A stretch of 64,000 nucleotides of DNA, from the NCBI RefSeq assembly GCF_963853765.1, contig NC_088854.1, forward strand, positions 38,812,001-38,876,000, read 5' to 3'. Each line of letters opens with the position of its first letter. Within the stretch, counting starts at the first letter, position 1. The notes under the pieces were generated by a model. It was not told the DNA's origin. It searched no databases and saw only the letters and a program-made list of their open reading frames with translations. Shown in pieces: positions 12,954 through 24,268 of the stretch. Both the position numbers and the translations under genes were made by a program. Source of the stretch: Magallana gigas. Taxonomy: Eukaryota.

Positions 12954-13719
12954 ATGGAAATCCTACTTTTAGCCGTGGGGGTAACCCTGGGTATGTATGA
13001 TACTTGTAACCAATAGGACTGTGGATCATCGTTAATTGACGGAACTTTTTAAAATTGTATTAAAAAATTATCGCCCCACCCATTTATTTTCGCCTTTTCG
13101 CCATCGGGCCAGTTAAAAATTAAAAAAAAATATCTTTAAAATACGACGTTCATAAGAAATAATAAATATTTCTGACTAGGTCTGGAGAAATCCAAGAATG
13201 GGTGAAATTATTTGCAAATGTCAAAGGGCGAAAAAAGCACATGGTGAAAATAACCATGTAATGCTACTATACAATATATATGAATCTTAATTGCGAATTT
13301 TTTCACAATCAAGATTTTTAAATTGCTGTACCTCCTTCAATTTTATTTTTAATTTTTATGAAGATTACACATTTCACGTCAAACGTCTGACTATAGTTTC
13401 GTGTTACAAATTATACACAGCTCGAATAAATATATTTACCCATCGCAAAATGGTCGTGTGATTCTATTCTTTACATAATGAACACTAATACCGATATCAA
13501 TACCTTGATCTGTAATTTTGCAGAAGAGAAGTAATTCAGAAATCTCTGAACATATAAAAATTAAACTTTTTAGTGATATTAAAAAATCTTGTACATCAAT
13601 TACATGTAATGTGTGTTTTGTTTTTATAAAGTATTGCAATTTTGTGCAAAGGAAAAAAATGAGATGGATAAGTTGAATACAGACTGGACAAATTGGACCC
13701 TTGTTATTTACTCGCACTA

Positions 13720-13778
<59 letters not shown>

Positions 13779-16730
13779 AAAATGTTTTCTAATACGTAAT
13801 TTGTTTTTCTCTTAGTAAGCGTTCATTACATGTGTATGTATGCAATTTGGATGCAATTGATTCATTGCACTGTTTAGCATACATTGTACTTTGTATCCTT
13901 AAAAATTTGTAATGTATGCAGAAGCAATTGGCTCATGAATATTTCTGTATCAAAAAATTTGAATTGAAAAAAAAACATGTGTGTTGCAATTCATCATGTA
14001 CATAATCTTCTTCAATTTCAAACTAACAATTAAAAAAAAAATTCTCTCAGTGATAGCCCAGGACCCTTGTCTACCCGCTTACCACCGTTTGATCAGTGAG
14101 CCCCACAGAAGCATCCAGTTCCAACCGGAACCAACGGATAAACTCCAATGTGACAACGGATTACCATCCGGATGGTACGTGTTCGACAATAATGACGAGA
14201 TGCCGACCTCATGCGTGACCCAGTATCACTGTGGGACCCACTACCCACTGTGGATGCAAGGCACAAACCCCTCCAAGGCCGATGGTATTGTTCGGAGAAA
14301 GGCCTGTTCCAATATCCATGGAAGCGCAAGCCAAACTTGCTGCGACTTTTCAATAGACATTCAGGTGAAAAACTGTGGTACTTTTTACGTCTATTACCTT
14401 CAAACTGTTCCGGGGTGTGCCATGGCCTACTGCGCAGGTAGGTATATTTCTGTAAATAAGTATCTTTTATAAAGCAGTATTCTCTCGAACTTGACCTTGT
14501 TTAATGTATCATATTTACATTTTCCGGTGTCTTTTTGATCTTGCTAAGAATCAAATTTTTGTAACGTATTGTCGAATACATTTTATTAATGACGAAAATG
14601 ACGTACATGTACATGTGTCGCAATCAAGGTTTGCATCATCAAACCAAATGAAAATAACGTTAAAATGTCAATAATTACATTTTTAATTGAACAATTGGTA
14701 AAAATCATATAATATAACTAAAAGGAAATCATTCTTTGAATATCATTAGCTGATCAAATACGGTCGGGCACGATCAAATCCATCATAAACCCATCAGGCT
14801 TAATTTTATCACCACCGACCGAATTTGATCACATCATAATACTCAAAGAATGATTCCTTATTTTTTAAATGGTTTCTTTGTTTTACAGGAAACAAAAAGG
14901 TTTGCAACGTAGGAGGTCAAATAGCTGTAGGTGGAAATTGTCCTGGTATGATTTTTTTTTACTTTTGTTACAAATACTTTTTAACTAATTCATAAATCGA
15001 TCAAAAAGTACGGACTATTTAAAAAGGTATTCTTCATTATTAGACCTCTACCCAAAGTTGACAAGTATGCCGGTTTTGCAAAAGCCAGAGGTCACTCCAA
15101 CCAAGGAAGTTCGATTTCCGTGTAGAATCGACTACCCTATTGGCCAACCTGATGTTGCATTTACTGTCACGTGGACAGTGGATGGCCATGAACTTCTCGA
15201 CCCAACAACAAAGACCCCTGTAAAAACGGTCTTGGTTGGGGACTCCAGAATTGCGTATTTAGACGCCATGAAGCTTAAATATAACCTTGGGAAAGAGGTA
15301 AAATTTAATTTTGACGATAAAATTTAATACTCTTTATTCTTATATTTATATAAATATATAATCTCTGTAAAACCTTCAGTTAATTAATTACTTTTTTTCT
15401 ACACCAGCTTAAGTGCAATGTATCCTCATACCATCCATCAAAAGGTCCAGGCATTAGCAGTGACACTCTAAGCAGTAATGGTTACTGGTGTGGAATTAAG
15501 GTATAATGATTTTGTACAACTGTTGTTGTCTTTGTTGTTTTTGTTGTATCGTTTCCTTAATATGAAACTGTTGTATCATTATTTTATCAATGTTGCATTA
15601 CTACAAAAATTATTGGCACAGGCGTCTGGTTCCAGGTATCACTGTTGTAGTTTTTGTTGTATCGTTGCCTTGATATGAAACTGTTGTATTACTGTTGTAT
15701 CAATGTTGTATATATCGTTGCGTTACTACAAAAATTATTGGCACAAGCGTCTGGTTCCAGGTATCACAAGACAGAATAAACGTGGATGAAGGAGGTCCGG
15801 AGAAGACGGTGAAAGTCGAGTCCACCATACCCATTCCTTGTACTAGTATTTTTCAAGACAGCTGTAAACTGACTGTGGTCCTAAAAGGGCTTCAACATCC
15901 GACGGGTAAGACCATATCATGTCAATTTTTTCATAAAAAATTATAAATACCTTTTTTTTCTCTCTTACTTAAATTGTATATTTGTCTTTTTAAAGTTATA
16001 CAGTACCTATGTTGATCAAGATACTGTAACAGTTGATAATGGAATACTAGTAATAAAATCACTATTCTTTTTTGGCAAACTCCCAGATTCTAAAAAAAGT
16101 AGAAAAATAGATAGTGCATAATTCTTTAATGCAAAAGATCTAGAACATAAAATTCTTAAAAATTATACTGAAGTCAAAATTTCACGCCGCTAAATTTTCT
16201 TCATGGACTGCAAAGTAAATTAAGAAGAAAATGAAGAGGGGTATGAAAAATCATGTTGTCTTCAAACAATCTCTAAATAAAATGATAAAGTGATTTTTTT
16301 TATGGAAATTATATTTTCAAATTCACTCGTATGAAAACAGCAACTCACTCAGTAGAATGGTTTCAGCGAAATTTGGGGGGGGGGGGGGGTAATTACAAAT
16401 GAACAAATACATTAAAGTTACCCAATACAGTAAGCGTAACTGTTTTAGTGATATTCGTTGACGGGTCTTTTTTTTTTTATAAAGATGCCGTTATGTCGGG
16501 TTGTCACCTTGACCTGAAATTGGACAACGTAACCGGTATGTATTCAACCTATCTGAAGATCAAAGCAACAAGGGATTTTATCAAAGACAACAACCAAGTA
16601 CATCAACTAGGGTTTCAACCTTTGCCCGGTTTTCCACACGCCATGTGGGAGAATTACACAATGACACCAATAACAGTGCGTAGATACTATTATATGCACA
16701 TTAATATGATAAATACCAAAATGCAAAATG

Positions 16731-16788
<58 letters not shown>

Positions 16789-19428
16789 CGTATGGAATTT
16801 TCCATTGATTCGTTTCTGTATTTTCCATCCCTTTCTTGTTTCTCTAAAGTTGTTAGAAGAAGCATATTTACCTTGAGAAATACATTGATTTGAATTTTTA
16901 TTATGGCTTAGTCTATCGAGATTTGTTATTAATAACCTTTAGAGCCCATAGGTTAAATAGCAGGCTGCACCTCCATTTGTAGTTCTCATTTTTTGGTACT
17001 TGTAATTCTTATTTAAATGATTTGCAGCATGGTTCATTTTGGTTTAATTTAGTTAAATAGGCCAAAGAGATCAATACACTATGTCACGGAAAGCTTCATA
17101 GAAATTTTACATTTTCATACCTTAGATTGGAACAACGGATAAAGAACACGGCAGTTGTAATCCATGGGGAGACCCTCACTTCAGAGGCTTCGATTTAAAA
17201 AAGTAAGTTTTCTACTCTAAGTACCACCATACTTTTGTAGTAGAAAATTAGCAATTAGCATATGCAGTGTACTATGAAAATATATGGCTGGACCATGAAT
17301 AGAACCCCAGACTCCGTTTTAGTTACCTGAAGGAGCTCTGGGGCTGAGCTACACAGGCTAGCATTAATGATCCATAAGGCCCCAACTATAATTGCACTTT
17401 ATAACGGTAAGATATAGAACATACTGTAATAAGAAGATTCTTTCTGAAGCTTAAAACCAAAATTGAATCGACATAGGGCCTTACATATCAACAAAGGCCT
17501 ACATGTATCAATACCAGTCATGTTACTGAACAATTAAAAAAAAGGCTTAATAACGCTAAAATAGCGTAATAACACATGAAAAAGGGCGTTAGAACGCCTG
17601 TTTAAAAAAGTAGTTGAAATGTAATAAAAAATTAAGTAAAAGTATTTGCATAACATAAGTTGCAGAATTAATCAAAATTGTAAAAATTTGTTATCAGTTG
17701 GTTCTGATCTAGTAGGGGCTTATTGTGATGTACTGCAAAGAATAAATGTGATAAAAGAGAAATGCAATATTAAAACAAAGGTACATTAAAACATTTCAAC
17801 TTGCAAGAAAAGGAACTTGGTGACTCAAGATTGCTGGATTGGTTAGTATAGTGAACACCTAGGTCTTTTGGACATGGCAACCAAACAGTGTAATCTAATG
17901 GATATATCCCTGTATTTAAAGATGTACGTCATTTAAATTTAAACGATTCTCTGACTCAGATTACGTGTTTCAAATGCCAATAGCACTCTATTGTTAAGTT
18001 ATAAGTGCATTAACATAACTTCCGGTTTGTGATAACATAACGTTGTAAGTTGTTTTATTTAAATAGGGTTGGGGAAATTCTTTCGAAGTCTTTTTCTGTC
18101 GATAAGGCTTTGATATTAAAGCATGTTCAGTGTCATTTTTTGGGGTTTTTTTATTCTGTCCTGTCTTTGCATGAATGTGAGAGTGAATGAATGTGTGTGA
18201 GCTAATGAGTGTGTATATGTTTGTCTTTGTCTCTTCATGTTCTGTTCATTGATTAATAAAATGTGAAAAAAGTTATACGCGTGCATTAGTATTTAGCATT
18301 TACAAAGTTAATCACTTAATCCTTTACATAACTTATAAATATATATCTAACATATCTTAACAATACATGCATACCTTGGTATGGGTCAGTATTGTTTGTC
18401 CCTTATCTGAGAACGTCCTTATATAACGTTTTATGCTAAAGATGGTAAAGACCTAGTAAGTTGTCAGAACTTGTGTCCAAACTATTTGTATATGTATCTT
18501 ATATATATGTATACAATAAAATAGGTTCAAATCAACGTTTTATTTACATGTGAAACTGTGTTTTGCATCCTTAGTTTGAGAAACTAACTGATAATTTGGG
18601 AATTTTTTTCGAAGTAATCACATATCAGGGAGGAAAACATTTTAGCAGACGACCTGTTTTAATGATAATTGGGAGTTCAAAAACAGAAAATAGTCTATCA
18701 TAAAATCAGATTTCAATATGTTCTTCAAATGTAACATCGACCCGTTTGCAACAAGAAAGCAAAAAAATGACATGTCATTATCATGTGATGTATATTTATC
18801 AAGATGATATTAATTTGATATTATTACATTTTCACAGAAATTACAACGTCTACGAAATAGGAGATTTTACTCTTTACAAGTCTCAAAACCAAAAGAGACC
18901 ATTTGAGGTATCTTCAGTATACTAGTATATTATATTAATTTTGAAATTTTTTCATGTCCTTTAGCTTATCTTAAAAACAAATACTTAATGTTTAAGTGAA
19001 TATATTTTGAAAGGTTCAAGTACGTACATGGCCATGTGGAAGCCTTCACCCGTGTATCTGTGCAGTCATTGCACGGGAAGGAAATGACGTAGTGGAGGTT
19101 GACCAGTGCGAAAAAAGAGCTGGCGTTGTAGAGGCTCCATCTGTTTCGTTTCCAACCGGGCATCCTCTGGAAGGAACAACTGTTAGCCGGGATAACAAAA
19201 CTGGGAAAATATTTAGCGTGTGTAACAATTTTGATTATTTGCAGAAATGATACAAGAAATTTATGTTCGTAATTGTCCGATTCGAATATTTGATTACAGT
19301 CATGAAAATTTCAGGTAGGGCTATTCTCTGCAGAAAAATCTCTTTTCTCAATGCCAGGAATCAAAATCACTCGAAAAATACGCGAATCCCAATCTTCCCT
19401 TCATAACAGAAAAGTTAAACAAAAGACA

Positions 19429-19495
<67 letters not shown>

Positions 19496-22400
19496 CCTTT
19501 TTTTTATATCTGTGGAATCATTAAAATTCGTGATAGCTCAATTTTCGTGGTATTCGTGTGTAGCCCTTCCCCACGAATTTACATCCTCAACGAAAACAAA
19601 TTTTGAAAGAGTTGGTTATCTTACCAATGCTAAAAACTGACAAATCCACGAAATGACATCCCCACGAATAAGCAAAAATCCCACAATCCACGAAAATTGA
19701 CCCCCACAAATTTAAATGATTCCACAGTATCTGAACTAAGTACTGAGTCTTGATTGGAAATATATTCAGATTAACTTTCCATCTGGAACTCGAATTCAAG
19801 TAAAGACCGGAATATCAAAGGGACGCCATGGAAAAGAGCATCTCCCATACATGAATGTGGATGTTCAAGCCCCACCCGATGACCATAACGCAGCGGAGGG
19901 ACTGTGTGGAAACTGGAATGGGGCAGAGGTGGATGCTCTCAGGGGCGGGGATGGCCACCTTTACACTCCGACCACCGTGACCGAATTCACCAAGAGTTGG
20001 CAGTATGTGTTTTTCTCACATTCAATTCAAAGAAAGAAAGGTTTCTTGCAATTTGTCTTTTACTTTGTTTTTACATCTTTGGTATTTCAGATAATCTAAT
20101 CACTGGGTTGTTAAACTATTTTTGACACAGACTTCCATCGGGCACTAGTATGTTTTACCAACTGCCGAAGTATGAACAACATTTAGCGCCAAAATTCGAA
20201 TATTGCTCGTGTAATCAGGGTCCAGTAGAGTGCACAAAAGCTGGAAACGGCGCCCTTAATCCAAGCAAAGTAAGTAAATGTTCTGTTTTTCTGTTCTTGC
20301 ATGTGTAGACTAACAAGTGATTTTACCTCATAACCTGAAATGTTTTAACAAAGAGACGTGATTAGTTTATTTTTTTAATGACTCTGTTAAACCAAAAATT
20401 CAAAGAAAGAAATTGTTAGCTTATTGATTATTTGTATTACCAGCAATCAGACGGCACTCCTATAAGTGACAAGAATAAGCCACACAGAAGGTCTGTGCGA
20501 TCCTACACCGACCATTACCCTGATCGACATCTCTCTTTCGACCCAAAGATGATCGCAAGTATGCTACGGATATATCCATCACCAGAATAAGAAAGATATA
20601 TAGATTAGAAGTTTGACTTCTTTGCGAGCTTCTCCTTTCGTCCTTTCTTCTTGTTTTTGATTTTTCTTTGGATTGGTTAATAAAATGAGTTTGCATGTAT
20701 ATAAACAGGAAGGCTAAAAAGAAACGTGGGTGCTACATTCCCAACTCCAAGTGGAATTACAGAAAGTCGGGCAAGGGACTACTGCAGACATACGTTCATG
20801 TCGGCATCTCTTTACAGCAAATGTCAACATTCCAACATACTGGCTGAGATCATTGATGGGTGTGTCGAAGATATCAAGGTAAAAAACAGGATGAATATTG
20901 TTGCATCTTTCATTCTGCAATTGGCTACAGGTTAAATCATCTTTTTAGCGTTTCAAAGTAAATGTAATTATTTTGAACAATACTGACAGGTTATCATAGT
21001 CTTTCTGTGTCTCTTTTATTTTAGTACTCAGATTCAGTCGACGCGTTCAAACTGTCTGCTATGAATGCATATGACAGTATATGTTATAATGAGTTGGCTC
21101 AGGATCCTAAGAACATTCATTATGTCAATGGTGTACCTATGGTGAGCCCCTCGATATCCGGTTGTCCAAACCAGTGCTCTCTAACCGGAAATTGCGTCAG
21201 CGGCGTATGTCATTGTCACCGTGGATACACCTCTGGAGATTGTTCTGTTCAAATTGGAGTTGCACCTAAGATATATCGTTTAAGAGGGTAAGCAAATGTC
21301 TGAGTAGCTAGTCCTTAAACCGTGAAACAGTTCACTTCAGTTCTTGATCTCGCTCTTACCAGTTGATAATAAACGTGTTGATGTTAATGTAATTTCTCGA
21401 ACCATATACATGTAGCATACGGTATTTCATATCCATTTTTGGCAATTTCAAGTTAATATTTTCTATATAAGGGTTTTTTTTATTCTTTCATTATTTTAAA
21501 CTGCATTGAATCTTCCTTTTAGAGACGGTCTCTGTGACATCAGAACTAGGCCTTGCAGACAAGCTAACGTCATCGTTGACAACATCGTAGAATCGGACAC
21601 TCTATCTTGTAGAATCACGCCAGTTGATGTATGAATGAACATTTCTACAGTTTCTTTTATCTTTGTTATCTCGAATTAAAGTACACAAAAGATCGGTTCA
21701 TTAAACCAGTATTTTATATAATTTAATTTTTCTATTATTAAAATTAGCTGTCAAATGGCCAACCAGTAGAGTCAGGGCCAGCGGTAAAAACTAAAGGGGA
21801 ATTTCTTAGCTTTTTAGAGGTGCAATGCCCAATTCCCGAAAGCAATGTAATGAAAGGTAAATAAGTAGAAAAGACACATATTATATATTTTCCAAGATAA
21901 CCAATACTGAGTTTTTCTTTTAAAAAGTGTTAGATTTTGAAAACACTTTTTTTTCTTAGGTCTAAGTGCCAAGGGTTTTAAAATCTCTATAACATCAGAT
22001 GGTCAACTTTACAGCCAGGAGGCGTTGTTCATTGTGGCTGATGGATACTGTACCAAGTGTACGGCTGCCGGAGTCTGTACTCACAATGTTAGTCAACTTA
22101 TCTAAATTGTTAGAAATATAATTAGCATGTGTAATACCACTTTAAAATTTAACAGTCAATAAAAGAAATTGCTTTTGATTAATTAAAAAGGTTAAAAACT
22201 AAATTTTATTGAAACTTTTGAAGAAAAGTTTATTTTCTCTTTAAATTTTGTTGATTTTAATTCAGAAGTCAGATTTCTTAGAATTGAGAGTTTTATGTGA
22301 TTATCTTTTAAAAGCCCGATAGCTGTTTCATTGACGGCATGTGTTACCGGAATGGCGACCAGGACAGCAAAGGTCAGGTGTGCGATCCTTCTGTCTCCAC

Positions 22401-22989
22401 TGTTGATTGGACGTACAGCAAGACCGTGCAAGGTAAGATTTGCAATAAACATCTTTATCCCATCTATTAAAATTTGTTTACTTGCTCTGGTTTTTGACAA
22501 ATTAGACGTGGCTGAAGCATCAGTTTGGGCGAAAAAATGTCAGAGAATTTTATTTACGTAATACGTTTTATTTATTCATCTATTTATTTTCATATATGTT
22601 AATGTGTAACAAGGTATCTGTGATAATTTACCACCTTCCTGTATAAAATCAGAAATGATTGGACATGTGCAAGTTTACAAAATTGTGTCGAAAAAGGCTA
22701 AGTATCATTATACAAAACAATTCCTCATGATCAACATCATTCTTTTAGAGTTAAAGGCCTTCACCAATAAAAAAAATACTCTCATTTGTTTGATTTTGCA
22801 GAGATAGACCATTACACCGCAACTTTCACGGGATGTCGATGTCCGTACAACACTAATCTCTTCGACTGCGCATGTTGTCAAAATGGCGGATGTCAGTGCG
22901 GGGAGATTCAGGCCAATCAATGTACAAATTGTAACAACAAGGCGCTGTGTGGCTCTAATCCGGGTCTCTTCCCACCGCCAACTCAGTAG
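12954..22989 (+). CDS. VWDE-like secreted protein, copy A (signal-D8C/D10C-VWD-EGF-Cys-rich tail), 20 exons, about 1027 aa, intact
   Basis: Exons: 12954-12990, 14051-14437, 14889-14945, 15044-15297, 15408-15500, 15761-15905, 16485-16675, 17126-17202, 18838-18907, 19014-19217, 19770-20002, 20131-20269, 20444-20558, 20709-20878, 21025-21287, 21523-21628, 21748-21856, 21960-22087, 22315-22432, 22802-22989. All GT-AG and phase-consistent (3084 nt). Signal MEILLLAVGVTLVIA; 10-Cys D8C (GWYVF...CGTHYPLWM); VWD CNPWGDPHFRGFD and GLCGNWNG; EGF CPNQCSLTGNCVSGVCHCHRGYTSGDC. Confidence 0.9.
13726..13774. repeat. (CT)n microsatellite
   Basis: Pure CT run in intron 1 of copy A. Confidence 0.95.
14722..14860. 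mobile_element. Palindromic repeat (aaggaaatcattctttga...tcaaagaatgattcctt), degenerate copy
   Basis: Same family as 24481-24628, 34786-34890 and 55131-55260. Confidence 0.65.
16735..16786. repeat. (GA)n microsatellite
   Basis: Pure GA run in intron 7 of copy A. Confidence 0.95.
19431..19491. repeat. (AT)n microsatellite
   Basis: Pure AT run in intron 10 of copy A. Confidence 0.95.
19507..19729. mobile_element. MITE related to family 2
   Basis: Ends ...ctgtggaatcattaaa / tttaaatgattccacagta; internal ccacgaa motifs. Confidence 0.7.
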
Positions 22990-23052
22990 TCGCGCGATCA
23001 CTAAAACAGTACAATAATTAGGAAAAAGTTCCAGATAACTGCTCATTAGAAG

Positions 23053-23058
23053 AATAAA
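23053..23058 (+). terminator. Candidate polyadenylation signal of copy A
   Basis: AATAAA about 64 nt after the stop codon. Confidence 0.45.
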
Positions 23059-23421
23059 AAATGAAAATTTACCCGTCCCATTTTATTTTCTTATGAATAT
23101 TTGAATAAATTAGTCAATTATTATTTGTTTCTTTTTTCATATTGATTCTTTCAAGAATAAGGGAGGAATGAAGAATATATACATCTTGATACTAAATTGA
23201 GCTATTTATAACAAGATGTGTGTGGATCCAGAATGTAAAATAAAAATAAGTATACCGTCCAATTTAGTACATGTATATGTATATATGTAAATTATCTTCA
23301 AATACAAGACTATCAAGACTAAGACGCACCGATCCCAACAAAATACATTAACATGTTTTTGAACCCGGTCGGATATTTATGTACTTAAAAATTACCAGAA
23401 ACTGGAAAACACAGTGTGCTA

Positions 23422-23980
23422 TATTCTGTCACAAGATATTTAAGCAGCACAATTGGAAGATATTTAATGAAAATAAACCTACATGTACAGTACTGATCAG
23501 ACCAAGCCAAACACCAGGGTAAACCCTAACCTAAACCACGGGTTTACATGTACTTTCGGGGTTTACTTGCGGTTAACTCTGAGATTACTTTTTGCTATTG
23601 GGGTCCTCTTTTAACATTGAAATGTGAAGCAGACCCGTCTATCATCTAATTATTGCCTGTAATTTCCACCCCTTGTGTATTCCAAATACATATGTAGCGT
23701 CTGCCTGAGGGATCTACATGTATTTCTGATTGGGATTTACTCTCTGGATTTAATTTAACTTTTGGTTTACTCTGGGTCTGCTCTAGTAAACCTAGAGTAA
23801 ACCCAAAGTAAACCCAGGGTTTACTCTGGCTTAACTTTCTGTTAGGTTGTGTCTGATCGATTCTGTACCTGTGAAAGAAATGCAATTGAAATTGACGAAA
23901 GGGAAAATATCCAAGATAATTTCATTCACAAACTATCATTTTTTACTCGAAAAAGATCACAGGAGCGAAAAAGAATCCAA
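23422..23980 (+). mobile_element. Truncated family-1 MITE carrying a nested 378-bp TIR element (23488-23865)
   Basis: The outer element matches 40973-41419 and 44443-44907. The inner element has ends cagtactgatcagac / gtctgatcgattctg and a TA duplication at the outer element's cata|cctgtgaa site. Confidence 0.75.
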
Positions 23981-24216
23981 AAATTAAAACTCCTGGTCTA
24001 AATCCTTGATCTTTGGAGACATATTTTATGGCTTAAGTATATATGCTCGTATAAACTGGTTTAGAACACGAAAATAAATCTTAAAACTAGAACGCATGCT
24101 CTAGGTCCTTGATCCTTTGAGATATATTGCACTGTCTCGGAGCTGTATATAGCTTCGACGGGAAAGTTTCAAATGCTGCCAAATGCTTATCTAAAAAGGA
24201 AGAAATGGCTTAGTGG

Positions 24217-24226
24217 TATATATAAA
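24217..24226 (+). promoter_or_regulatory. TATA box of copy B
   Basis: TATATATAAA about 45 nt upstream of ATG 24269; conserved at the same position in copy C (38753-38760). Confidence 0.65.
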
Positions 24227-24268
24227 GACAAAACTTCGACCATAAATTAAAAACTTGAAACTACAAGA

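Noticed and set aside
14051-14437. Uromodulin/GP2-style FimH decoy function for the D8C domain
   Set aside because: That function depends on an N-glycan on the domain, and none of the three D8C domains here has a usable N-X-S/T sequon (only N-P-S).
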